A DNA stretch of 42,399 nucleotides from an uncultured Candidatus Saccharibacteria bacterium (GTDB lineage: Bacteria; Patescibacteriota; Saccharimonadia; QS-5-54-17). Location of the stretch: the NCBI GenBank assembly GCA_964415975.1, contig CAYQCN010000004.1:1-42399 (forward strand). The letters are read 5' to 3'. The notes under the pieces were generated by a model, which saw only the letters and a list, made by a program, of their open reading frames with translations, made no database searches and was not told the DNA's origin. Made by a program: the position numbers and the translations under genes. How positions within the stretch are numbered: position 1 is the first letter of the stretch; every line of letters starts with the position of its first letter. Shown here piece by piece: positions 15,346 to 24,023 of the stretch.

Positions 15346-15993
15346 CTAGCGCTCGCCGTATACGACCGGCATTGAACTCAAATATTTATCGGTTTCTAGA
15401 TTGCTAATCATAAAATCGGCCACATCACCTCGCTTGACCATAGCCTTCATCCTAGGCCGCACATACTCACTGACAGTATAAGAGCCGGTTTTGGGGCCAT
15501 TTGCTAGTTTGAGCGCCCTCACAATAGTCCATTCAAGCTGGCTTTTTTTGATAATATCAGCATGTGCTCGACCGTCATCTATCATCTTCTGAGCCACTAC
15601 ACTAAGCCCCATATTTAGAAGCCTGTCGGTAAAGCCAGGCCTGTCCTCTTCATGTCTTACCCCAGATCCAGTCAAGCTCACTATGCGCTTAACGCCGCAC
15701 TCACTCATAGCATCGACGATATTGGCTATACCGTCCTGGTGCATGGTCGGGTTGCGCCTTATCGTCTTAGGTGAGTGGCCGAGTGCACTTACGACAGCGT
15801 CTGATGATTTTATAGCCCGCCTAACATCATCAATCTTGGTTACATCTCCTACTATTTGAGATAGGTTGTCATGGTCAAAATCAAGCTCAGCATCATACAC
15901 AAACGCAACTACTTCATAGCCCTTACTAAGAGCCTGCTCGACGATGTGTCTGCCCGTCTTGCCATTAGCACCAAAAATCGCAACCCTAATCAT
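15346..15993 (-). CDS. NAD(P)H-binding atypical SDR / NmrA-like oxidoreductase
   Basis: 215 aa with an N-terminal IAIFGANGKTGRHIVEQAL Rossmann motif. The length and layout resemble flavin reductase/BVR-B-like NAD(P)-binding proteins. Confidence 0.75.
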   Translation of the reverse strand: MIRVAIFGANGKTGRHIVEQALSKGYEVVAFVYDAELDFDHDNLSQIVGDVTKIDDVRRAIKSSDAVVSALGHSPKTIRRNPTMHQDGIANIVDAMSECGVKRIVSLTGSGVRHEEDRPGFTDRLLNMGLSVVAQKMIDDGRAHADIIKKSQLEWTIVRALKLANGPKTGSYTVSEYVRPRMKAMVKRGDVADFMISNLETDKYLSSMPVVYGER

Positions 15994-16037
15994 GCATTAA
16001 TCATACGCAACACACTCCGAGTTGAGCAAATAAAGCT

Positions 16038-16066
16038 TTGTGATTAACTAAATGCTTGCGTATACT
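16038..16066 (+). promoter_or_regulatory. Candidate promoter TTGTGA-N17-TATACT, 7 nt upstream of the HAD hydrolase ATG
   Basis: The hexamers were read at 16038-16043 and 16061-16066. The ATG is at 16074 and no SD lies between. Confidence 0.45.
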
Positions 16067-16073
16067 TACTACT

Positions 16074-16646
16074 ATGGTCAAGTCAGTATTTTTTGATTTT
16101 TTCGGTGTTATAATGCCAGATCTGCTGGATGAATGGTTGCTGAAGCAGGGTGTTGCTCGCGACGGCCGCATCGAATCAGCCTCGGTCGAGGCCAATGTCG
16201 GACGGATAGATAAAGAGCGATTTTTCCAAGTCCTAGCCGAAGAAGTAGGCAGCCAGCCTGAGCAGGTCAAAAAAGAGTTTGAGTCTATGGCCTCCCCCAA
16301 TCAAGAGGTGGTTAATATTATATCTAGAGTCAGTCAGTCATATCCGACACTACTGCTGTCAAATGCAGACCACATTCACTTGCGGCAAATTATTGACAAA
16401 TTCAAATTAGATAGACTTTTTGATCACATTATCATATCCGGCGAGGTAGGGTCTGTAAAACCCCACCATGAGATATACCAAGAAGCCCTTAAGCAATCTG
16501 GGTGTGACCCAAAAGATGTAGTATTTACCGACGACAGAGCCTCAAACATTGAGGGAGCTCAAAGAGTAGGTATCACTAACTCATTCGTATACGAAAATCC
16601 TCAGCAACTAGTACGCGAGCTAAGATCTAGAGGGGTCGAGTTTTAA
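16074..16646 (+). CDS. HAD-superfamily hydrolase (subfamily IA-like)
   Basis: Motif I is VFFDFFGVI, motif II is LLLSNA, and the C-terminal motif is DVVFTDDRASNIEGA. The track ORF opens at TTG 16056; ATG 16074 (MVKSVFFDF) fits the family N-terminus. Confidence 0.8.
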   Translation: MVKSVFFDFFGVIMPDLLDEWLLKQGVARDGRIESASVEANVGRIDKERFFQVLAEEVGSQPEQVKKEFESMASPNQEVVNIISRVSQSYPTLLLSNADHIHLRQIIDKFKLDRLFDHIIISGEVGSVKPHHEIYQEALKQSGCDPKDVVFTDDRASNIEGAQRVGITNSFVYENPQQLVRELRSRGVEF

Positions 16647-17179
16647 TTCTGTCTGTGTTTTTTGGGCTTATGATTTTTATAAGATAGCTTGCTCTTGAGG
16701 TTGTTCATGAAGCGTATCTTTCCTTTTGACATTTCGTTATAGAGCTGTGAATATCTATGCTTATTAGGTATTAAAAGCACCTCCAATTTCTTCTGTTCTT
16801 TTAAATACTCAACAAGATTATAAAAATCTCCGTCGCCGCTCACTATGACAGCCCGATTATATTCACTCCATTCTTTCATGACTTGTAGTACCAGTTCAGC
16901 GTCTACATTGCCCTTTACCTCGCCCTCTCCGCTGGTAACAGTCGGCTTAAACACAAGCGTATAACCCATCTCTCGCAGTTTTTGATACATGTCAGCTTGC
17001 TCTTCTATATAACCAATGAACAAAAAAGCTTTCGAGACGTTGTGCCTACTCTGCAGATAGCTTTTAAAACGCTTAAAATCTAGCTTCCAGCCTTGAGCTT
17101 GCACCCCCATGTGCAGGTTTTGGCTATCTATAAAGGCGTAATTATATTTTGGCTTGGTATATTTTTTAGAATTAGGCAT
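16643..17179 (-). CDS. NYN-domain (LabA/DUF88-like, PIN-like fold) protein, putative RNase
   Basis: It contains YAFIDSQNLH, KGNVDAELVLQV and VIVSGDGDFYNLVEYL, which are the hallmark acidic motifs of NYN/LabA domains. It has a basic C-terminal tail. Confidence 0.8.
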   Translation of the reverse strand: MPNSKKYTKPKYNYAFIDSQNLHMGVQAQGWKLDFKRFKSYLQSRHNVSKAFLFIGYIEEQADMYQKLREMGYTLVFKPTVTSGEGEVKGNVDAELVLQVMKEWSEYNRAVIVSGDGDFYNLVEYLKEQKKLEVLLIPNKHRYSQLYNEMSKGKIRFMNNLKSKLSYKNHKPKKHRQN

Positions 17180-17296
17180 TAGTCTTATGTAAAGGTAGCA
17201 CGCAAAAGGACAATATAAAAGGCTTGTAGAGTCAAGATATAATCGATAATAAGCTCATTAACCATTAAGGCTTATACCTCACACCCTTCTCGTTAT

Positions 17297-17358
17297 TTCC
17301 TTCACCAAGCCGCTGTCAAGGTCGGACCTTGACAGCGGCTTGACAGCAAGAATGTGGG
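17297..17358 (+). repeat. REP-like palindromic intergenic element, copy 3 (17-bp perfect stem AAGCCGCTGTCAAGGTC-G-GACCTTGACAGCGGCTT, 17307-17341, plus an 11-nt internal duplication GGCTTGACAGC)
   Basis: This is the longest and cleanest copy. It lies between the divergently transcribed NYN and rarA genes and shares the flanks TTCCTTCAccAAGCC and AAGAATGTGG with copy 1. Confidence 0.85.
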
Positions 17359-17509
17359 TTTTTGGGGATTGGGGTTGCTTGATTAAGGTCTGGGTCTAAT
17401 ATAGACTGAATCCTCGCCTCTTGATAATTTCAAGTACTATTGACCTCGATACTTGCACCTGAAACCTCGCCCCTATACCGCTGCTACTCTCTCCTATATA
17501 CTCAAACTC

Positions 17510-18703
17510 ATGCCAAGCCAACAAGCACCACTAGCCGAACAAATGCGACCACAAACGATTGATGATTTTTTCGGCCAAGAACATCTGCTTGGTGAGGGCG
17601 GATTCATAAGACAGTTGCTGGCCAGTGGCGGTTTGACCTCTTTAATACTCTGGGGCCCTCCCGGCACCGGCAAGACTACACTGGCTCGAATTATTACCAA
17701 AGAAAGTCAAGCTGAATTTGTCGAAATAAGCGCTGTGACTGCAAAGCTCGAAGATGTGCGGCGCATAGTTAAGACGGCTGAAGAAAATCAGCGCCTACAA
17801 ATCCAAACAGTGCTTTTTGTAGATGAGATCCACCGCTTCAACAAAGCCCAACAAGACGCCTTCTTGCCGCACGTTGAGAGTGGCCTGATTATACTAATTG
17901 GTGCCACGACCGAAAACCCAAGCTTTGAAGTCATCCGCCCACTGCTGTCGCGATCCAGGGTGCTAGTACTCGAACCTCTAGCCCATGAGCAAATTAAAAA
18001 AATTATAAACAAAGCGTCCAAGCAGCTTAAAATCAGCTCCAAGCTTTCAAACAAAGCCGTCGATTACATAGTTGAGCTCAGCCATGGAGATGCTCGTACA
18101 GCCCTTAATATTCTCGAATTAAGCTATCAGATCAGTGAAGACAATATTAAACCTAGCACCGTCGCAAGCGCGGCCCAAAAACATGTTCCAGGCTTCGATA
18201 AAGGCGGCGAGATGCACTACAACCTTATATCAGCTTACATAAAATCGCTCAGAGGAGGAGATACAGACGCTGCCTACTACTATTTAGCACGCATGCTAGA
18301 AGCGGGAGAAGACCCAAAATTTATATCCAGAAGAATGCTGATCTTCGCGTCCGAAGACATAGGCACCGCCACCAACGGGGCATTCAATCTAGCTGTAGCC
18401 ACTTTTCAAGCTGTTGATATAATCGGCATGCCAGAGGCAAAATACAGTCTGTTTCACTGTACAAGAGTACTAGCTGCTAGCCAAAAATCAAGGCAGGTAA
18501 CCGATGCTATGAGTAAAGCCATAAAGCTAGCTAGAGAATACCCTGAGTCAAAAATACCACTTCATTTACGTAATGCTCCAACTGAACTCATGAGCGAGCT
18601 TGGCTACAGCAAAGGTTATGAATGGAAATCGGACTTTAAACCAGAGAAAGGATTCATGCCAGACGATATACAAGATGCCTCAATATGGTTAGATCAATAC
18701 TGA
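17510..18703 (+). CDS. rarA: Replication-associated recombination protein A (MgsA/RarA), AAA+ ATPase
   Basis: It contains [22 protein letters not shown], Walker [10 protein letters not shown], Walker [16 protein letters not shown] and the C-terminal MgsA_C-type motifs [19 protein letters not shown] and HLRNAP. The track ORF opens at TTG 17453; ATG 17510 gives the canonical N-terminus. Confidence 0.92.
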   Translation: MPSQQAPLAEQMRPQTIDDFFGQEHLLGEGGFIRQLLASGGLTSLILWGPPGTGKTTLARIITKESQAEFVEISAVTAKLEDVRRIVKTAEENQRLQIQTVLFVDEIHRFNKAQQDAFLPHVESGLIILIGATTENPSFEVIRPLLSRSRVLVLEPLAHEQIKKIINKASKQLKISSKLSNKAVDYIVELSHGDARTALNILELSYQISEDNIKPSTVASAAQKHVPGFDKGGEMHYNLISAYIKSLRGGDTDAAYYYLARMLEAGEDPKFISRRMLIFASEDIGTATNGAFNLAVATFQAVDIIGMPEAKYSLFHCTRVLAASQKSRQVTDAMSKAIKLAREYPESKIPLHLRNAPTELMSELGYSKGYEWKSDFKPEKGFMPDDIQDASIWLDQY

Positions 18704-18719
18704 ATGCCAATAATAAAAC

Positions 18720-19031
18720 TTATAGAGCCCTGCAACAGAAAGGGCAAGGACAAGGCTCTATCGGGCCTGTAAATTCTAATGGAGCCACTTCTGTAGCGGC
18801 AATAGTGTCATAATCATGAAAAATACCGGAGAATTCTTCTCGAAGGAAAGACAGATTGTTATTGGGCTCCGGTGATGAATATGCCCATGCATCTAATTCA
18901 TCGCGTGTCTCTTGCCCTGTAGCTACTAGCTGCCCTAGTCCATAAAATACTATTGCAGCCACAAGCAAACCTAGAGTGGTTGCAGTGGCTGCAGCTGGTA
19001 AGGCTTTTTTAGCTTGGCTGTAAGTTTTCAT
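18720..19031 (-). CDS. Hypothetical membrane-anchored protein with a Cys-rich C-terminus (CPCPFCC)
   Basis: It has one TM helix (AAATATTLGLLVAAIVFYGLG) and an acidic ectodomain. The longest ORF reaches 19088; I prefer ATG 19031 (MKTYSQ), which has TAAAAT 7 nt upstream. Confidence 0.5.
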   Translation of the reverse strand: MKTYSQAKKALPAAATATTLGLLVAAIVFYGLGQLVATGQETRDELDAWAYSSPEPNNNLSFLREEFSGIFHDYDTIAATEVAPLEFTGPIEPCPCPFCCRAL

Positions 19032-19206
19032 ATGTTTTATTTTATAGCATAAGCTAACACAAAAAGAAACATTAATATAATCAAGCAAGATGAATATTAC
19101 TTAATAGCCTCTTTTGCGCTGCCTGCATGAAATCTTAAAGAAGTATTTCAATCTGATGATTTTGTAGTACTGATAGATAACTAGGACTGATTATTAATGC
19201 CCTTTT

Positions 19207-19920
19207 CTATTGGCGCTGCTCATTTACGGTCAGATTTATATTCGTGCCATCACCCTCGACACTTACACTAGCTACTACTTCTAGATTATCCCGACTGGCA
19301 AAGTATGTGGAAAGGACACCATCCTGAAATCCAGACTGCTCTTGGTCTGTCCATCCATCGGCAAAAGCCTGGCCGTAAAACTCATCTACATCTGCAAAGT
19401 CATCATCACTAAATAGCGACACTGTATACACCATCTCATCACCCTCTGAATATGAAGTTGAGGAATTTAACTCAGCTGGCTCATATAGTGGCACTTCGGC
19501 AGGAAAATCCTCCGGAAGCTCACTGCTTATAGAAAAGGACTCTTCGCCGTCTTCGCTTTCTATGCTGATGCCATTACCATCGCTATCAATGTCCACTCCA
19601 GCCTCTTCAGCAAAATCATCAAGAAAATTAAAGAAGTTAGCTGCAAAAAACATAATTCCGGCCACCACCAATATCGATACAAGCGATAAAATTATTCCGG
19701 TAATACTCATGCCTTTAGATTGCTTTTTGCTCAAGGCAATAATACCTAAGATTAGGCCTATTACCCCAAAAACTGCCCCAACTATCAACAGACTTGTCAG
19801 AAGTCCAATAATACCTAGCACCAGTGAGGCGACTGCTAGCCCAGAGCTTGGACTTGCGCTGCCACTTTCTGAGCTAGCTGTATTAGGTTGTTGACTATTG
19901 CTTTGTTCTTCATTGCTCAT
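19207..19920 (-). CDS. DUF4190-like membrane protein with an acidic extracytoplasmic C-terminal domain
   Basis: It has a Ser-rich N-terminus and Gly/Ile-rich helices (LVLGIIGLLTSLLIVGAVFGVIGLILGIIALSKK) typical of DUF4190. The SD AGAGAGG lies 6 nt upstream of the start. Confidence 0.65.
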   Translation of the reverse strand: MSNEEQSNSQQPNTASSESGSASPSSGLAVASLVLGIIGLLTSLLIVGAVFGVIGLILGIIALSKKQSKGMSITGIILSLVSILVVAGIMFFAANFFNFLDDFAEEAGVDIDSDGNGISIESEDGEESFSISSELPEDFPAEVPLYEPAELNSSTSYSEGDEMVYTVSLFSDDDFADVDEFYGQAFADGWTDQEQSGFQDGVLSTYFASRDNLEVVASVSVEGDGTNINLTVNEQRQ

Positions 19921-19938
19921 ATTAAGCCTCTCTTGACC

Positions 19939-20343
19939 TTAGTTAAGTAGCGATATGCCACCGATAAGGGGTAGCTCTTTTTGCTTATCGTTCGCAACGT
20001 TAACGATGCCCATGATTGCCAGCACTAGTCCGAATATCCAACCAAAGAACCAAATTATCCAGCCCAAAATTGGGATAATCGCAATCACACTAATAGCCAC
20101 CCAGTAAAGTAGAAAGGTTAGCTGCTGGTTAGCGTGAAATTTAGCAAAAGGATTGTTCTTTGATTCCTCCATGACTAGCGGCAAGAAAAACAAGATTGGA
20201 ATTATATAACCAATAATTCCAAACGCTTTTGCGCTACCTGCATCTTTAGACTCACCGCCGCCTGCCTTGCCCTCAGATGCCTGCTCTTTATCTTTTTTAT
20301 CTACCTTTTCCTCTTCAGGCTTAGTTTGTTGTTCATCAGCCAT
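19939..20343 (-). CDS. DUF4870-like small membrane protein
   Basis: The start ATG 20343 (MADEQQ) is preceded by AGGAGG at a 6-nt spacing. It has a Lys/Glu-rich N-terminus and then TM helices containing a FAKFHANQQL motif. Confidence 0.6.
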   Translation of the reverse strand: MADEQQTKPEEEKVDKKDKEQASEGKAGGGESKDAGSAKAFGIIGYIIPILFFLPLVMEESKNNPFAKFHANQQLTFLLYWVAISVIAIIPILGWIIWFFGWIFGLVLAIMGIVNVANDKQKELPLIGGISLLN

Positions 20344-20426
20344 GATAAACCTCCTGTATTTATTGATTGGGTTTACTATAGCACAAGGTAGCATACAGCT
20401 TCTAGATGTGCGCTACAATGTACATT

Positions 20427-21848
20427 ATGCAGGCACGATGGCTACATTACGAAGCAGCTCAAGTCGCAACCAAGACTCTCGAGTCTGCCGGATTTGAGGC
20501 TTACATTATAGGCGGGGCAGTACGAGACATACTGCTAGGCAAAACGCCCAAAGATTTTGACCTAGTAACCAACGCCAAGCCTGAAGAGATATTAAAACTT
20601 GACGGTTTTAGCAAATCTAAATATAAAGACACCTCCCAAGCCTATGGCATCACAAGAGTGTATGTGGACCTAAAAGACAACAACGGAAATAGCCACAAAA
20701 TACAGCTAGAACTTGCCACCTACCGTCGTGACATAGAAGCCCACCTAGGCCGAGCCCAGACCAAGATAGCCTTCGCCAATCTAGAAGAAGACGTAAGGCG
20801 CAGAGATTTTAGTGTTAACGCTATAGCCCTTAACCCTGATACCGGACAGGCAATCGACCTGGTAAACGGTATAGAAGATATCGAGCACCAAATATTGCGA
20901 TTTATCGGCGATCCAATTGTGAGAATCCAGGAAGACCCCCTGCGCCTACTAAGAGCCGTCAGACTGAAAAACCAACTCGGCTTTACCTACCAGCCCGAGA
21001 CAGAGGCGGCCATACATCAAGCCGTAGAAGCCGGAGCAGTTGATGATATAGCAAAAGACAGGGTCGGTATCGAGCTCAGCAGCATGCTCATGCACGAAAA
21101 CAGAAATTTTAGCCTTAAAGATCTAGACAGGTTTTCTATTTTAGAAAAGTTAATTCCTGAGCTGACAAGACTAAAAGATGTCGAGCAACCACCCAATCTG
21201 CACGCAGAAGGAGACGTCTGGCACCACACCATGCTAGCTATGCAGTTTTTACCAAGCATACTTAGTCCGCGCTTAGCTTGGGCAACATTGCTGCACGACA
21301 TAGGCAAAGCTGATACGTTTAAGCCTGAAGCCAAGACCGGAGACAGGATACGCTTCGACGACCACCATTCTGTTGGCGCTGAAATCGCAGGCAAGATATT
21401 AAAAAGACTAGGCTTTGGCAAACGGTTCAGGCAAGATGTAGAGTGGATGATTCGACATCATATAGGTATAGATAACCTGCCGCACATGCGGCCCAAAAGA
21501 GCAGATAATTTCATGAGCCACCCTGCCTTTGCTGACTTGCTAGAACTGCACAAAGCTGATGCCCATGCGGCATGGAGTAAAGAATCTGACGGAACTATAG
21601 ACGATACTGAAGCAGACTTCTCGCAGCTAGAGCACTTATGGAATGAATTTCAAAGCAAAAAACATCAACACCCACCATCATTAAAAGACGATTTAGGCAT
21701 AGATGGTGATTGGCTAAAAAAAGAATTCAGCATTGAGTCCGGTCCACAAATGGGTAAGATTCTAAAAGAGCTCAAAGAAAAGCACCTTGACGGAGAGATT
21801 GAGTCGCAAGCAGAAGCTCGCAAACTAATAAAAAGCCTACTGGCCTAA
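20427..21848 (+). CDS. cca: CCA-adding tRNA nucleotidyltransferase (class II) with an HD domain
   Basis: It contains the nucleotidyltransferase core IIGGAVRDILLGKTPKDFDLVT, plus RRDFSVNA, EDPLRLLRAVR and the HD motif LLHDIGK. The start is uncertain; ATG 20427 has TACAAT 7 nt upstream, while the track ORF opens at 20406. Confidence 0.88.
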   Translation: MQARWLHYEAAQVATKTLESAGFEAYIIGGAVRDILLGKTPKDFDLVTNAKPEEILKLDGFSKSKYKDTSQAYGITRVYVDLKDNNGNSHKIQLELATYRRDIEAHLGRAQTKIAFANLEEDVRRRDFSVNAIALNPDTGQAIDLVNGIEDIEHQILRFIGDPIVRIQEDPLRLLRAVRLKNQLGFTYQPETEAAIHQAVEAGAVDDIAKDRVGIELSSMLMHENRNFSLKDLDRFSILEKLIPELTRLKDVEQPPNLHAEGDVWHHTMLAMQFLPSILSPRLAWATLLHDIGKADTFKPEAKTGDRIRFDDHHSVGAEIAGKILKRLGFGKRFRQDVEWMIRHHIGIDNLPHMRPKRADNFMSHPAFADLLELHKADAHAAWSKESDGTIDDTEADFSQLEHLWNEFQSKKHQHPPSLKDDLGIDGDWLKKEFSIESGPQMGKILKELKEKHLDGEIESQAEARKLIKSLLA

Positions 21849-21852
21849 ATCG

Positions 21853-22707
21853 TTAGTCAAAATCCACATTGTCGACACCAACCCAGACAAACTCCCACAG
21901 TTCTGGATCCGGCCCTAGATTGTCGACCCCCTCAGGATAGCTTGGCAAAAAACCAAATTCTCTAGATTTTGCATAATCATCCGCACTCAACCATTCAAAA
22001 GCATTCGTCTGGCCAAAATCCTCAAGACTTGCACCAGCTACACCGTCGGTAACGTCTATCGTGTGGCCACTATGATGCTTAGAATATCCAGGTATAGAAG
22101 ACCGACTTAATATGTCATCAATAATTTCATCGGCCTCGCCATCAAGTATCTGCTGCGAGGTAAAAGGGCGACCTTGCACTTCATCGGCTCTCGCCCGCAA
22201 AGCTGAGTCAAATATTATAGCTTGAGTCTCTATGTCACGGAACGCAGACACCATGCTTAGCGAAATACCCTCTGCACTGGCTGCATCTCGCATATCCCTC
22301 CAGGCCTCAGCAGTTTCTGGCTGCATCTCTTCACCGTCTACTTCTTCTAGCTCTCTAGCAGGTTCAAACTGCAAACGATAGCCTCTATCTTCTGCTATAT
22401 CGCGTATATACTGATCTGCCTGCGGATTACCAGTTATATCGGGTGGATCAGATATTGGTTCAACGCCTGGCAAATCAACTTCATAATAACGCTCAACGAA
22501 CCGTTCTTCTAGGCTTGACTCTGGCTCTGCTGCTTCTTGGGCTTCTCGCTCGGCGGCTTCTCGCTCGGCCTGCTCTTGCGCTTCTTGTTCGGCCAGATGC
22601 TGCTCATACTGCTGCCAGCCAAACCATCCCCCTCCTGCCAAAAGCATGGCTGCTCCAGCTATCAGAGCTATTTTGGGCCAATTTCTAGTTGCTTTATATG
22701 TCTTCAT
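21853..22707 (-). CDS. VanY-like D-alanyl-D-alanine carboxypeptidase (peptidase M15B), membrane-anchored
   Basis: It has an N-terminal TM anchor and a Glu/Ala/Gln-rich linker. The catalytic motifs are SAFRDIETQ and SKHHSGHTIDV, followed by a C-terminal E..W motif. Confidence 0.8.
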   Translation of the reverse strand: MKTYKATRNWPKIALIAGAAMLLAGGGWFGWQQYEQHLAEQEAQEQAEREAAEREAQEAAEPESSLEERFVERYYEVDLPGVEPISDPPDITGNPQADQYIRDIAEDRGYRLQFEPARELEEVDGEEMQPETAEAWRDMRDAASAEGISLSMVSAFRDIETQAIIFDSALRARADEVQGRPFTSQQILDGEADEIIDDILSRSSIPGYSKHHSGHTIDVTDGVAGASLEDFGQTNAFEWLSADDYAKSREFGFLPSYPEGVDNLGPDPELWEFVWVGVDNVDFD

Positions 22708-22784
22708 GTTTAATTCCTAATATTGGTTTTGTAGTAGCAATTATAGCACTGACAATTCAAACTGCTCACGAACAAACCCCAAAG

Positions 22785-23999
22785 CTACTGCCAGGAGAGC
22801 CGAACAATGCCGCCATTTGCGGCTTCTTTGGCTATATATAAAGCACCGTCTTCGCCTCCAACAACGTCGCGTATGCGCCAGCCCCTATCGGCCAACAAAG
22901 GCTCTTGCTCCTTAAGTTCGCCATTATCTAATCTAAAATGGGCCAAATACTCACTTGCCAACCCACCGACAAAAAGGCCGCCCCGCCAATCAGACGTAGT
23001 ATTATTATCATAAAAAGTCATCCCTGCCGGCGGAAACCCGCCACTACCACACTCCCAATAATAGACAGGGTCTACAATGTCATCTCTGTCTTTGGGATGA
23101 TCTCCGAGGGGAGTATCCGTGCCATACTCACATCCGGTGTGAGTTACTGGCCATCCATAGTTGCCGCCTGTTTCAATGATATTTATCTCATCACCATCTC
23201 TTTCCCCGTGCTCGCTTTGCCAAATATCGCCAGTATCAGGATGGATTGCCATGCCTTGCACATTGCGGTGGCCATAAGTATAAATCTCGTCAGCCACAGA
23301 ATCGTCGCCAACGAAAGGGTTATCATCCGGAATAGACCCATCAGACTCAAGACGAATAGTGGAGCCGAGCACGTTTGAAGTGTCTTGCGATAGATGGTCA
23401 GCAAAATTTTTATCGCCCCTATCACCTATGCTCATATATAGATAGCCGTCGTCATCTATAACCACCCTCGAACCGTAGTGTGAAGTCGAATCTAAAAATG
23501 GCTCTGCAGCATACAGCTGCTCAAAATCTCCTAAGTGCAAGCTATTCATATCTAGACTGCCTCGGCCAAGGTAGGTCGAGGTGAGGCCAGCCTCATTTGC
23601 GGCCGAATAAGTCAGGTAAATCAAGTTGTCGTCTGAAAAGGTTGGACTGAGGGTCGCATCCAGCAGACCTCCCTGACCAGCACTATCTACTTCCGGCACT
23701 CCACTTATTTCATCTATATCTCCGCTATCAGCATCTACCAGCAGTAGAGTGCCTTTGTTTTCAGTGACAAGCAATTGATTAGTGGCTGGCACGAAAGATA
23801 AGGCCCAAGGAGTGCCTAAGCCATCCACCACCTTATCTACAGTTAGCTCTAGGTCGACCTCTTCGCCATTGACATTCTGCATAGTATAGGTTTCAGACTG
23901 ATAATCATCACCGGTACTTAGCCATATATAGACTCCGCCGGCCACTGCTATTATTGATGCCACACCTAAGATGCTCAGCTTGACTTTAGATAAACCCAT
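22785..23999 (-). CDS. PQQ-dependent soluble sugar (glucose/sorbosone) dehydrogenase family beta-propeller, membrane-anchored
   Basis: It has an N-terminal anchor and the motifs GTPWALSFVP, GGLLD, YGHRNVQGMAIHPDTGDIWQSEHGERDGDEINIIETGGNYGWP and GGLFVGGL, which are characteristic of the family. Confidence 0.85.
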   Translation of the reverse strand: MGLSKVKLSILGVASIIAVAGGVYIWLSTGDDYQSETYTMQNVNGEEVDLELTVDKVVDGLGTPWALSFVPATNQLLVTENKGTLLLVDADSGDIDEISGVPEVDSAGQGGLLDATLSPTFSDDNLIYLTYSAANEAGLTSTYLGRGSLDMNSLHLGDFEQLYAAEPFLDSTSHYGSRVVIDDDGYLYMSIGDRGDKNFADHLSQDTSNVLGSTIRLESDGSIPDDNPFVGDDSVADEIYTYGHRNVQGMAIHPDTGDIWQSEHGERDGDEINIIETGGNYGWPVTHTGCEYGTDTPLGDHPKDRDDIVDPVYYWECGSGGFPPAGMTFYDNNTTSDWRGGLFVGGLASEYLAHFRLDNGELKEQEPLLADRGWRIRDVVGGEDGALYIAKEAANGGIVRLSWQ

Positions 24000-24023
24000 A
24001 CCTACAGCCTAGCACAAGCTTGC

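Noticed and set aside
16074-16646. HAD motif I reads DFFGV (second Asp replaced by Phe), raising the possibility of an inactive pseudo-enzyme
   Set aside because: Several active HAD subfamilies, such as the haloacid dehalogenase type and the epoxide-hydrolase N-terminal domain type, naturally lack the second Asp. Motifs II to IV look intact.
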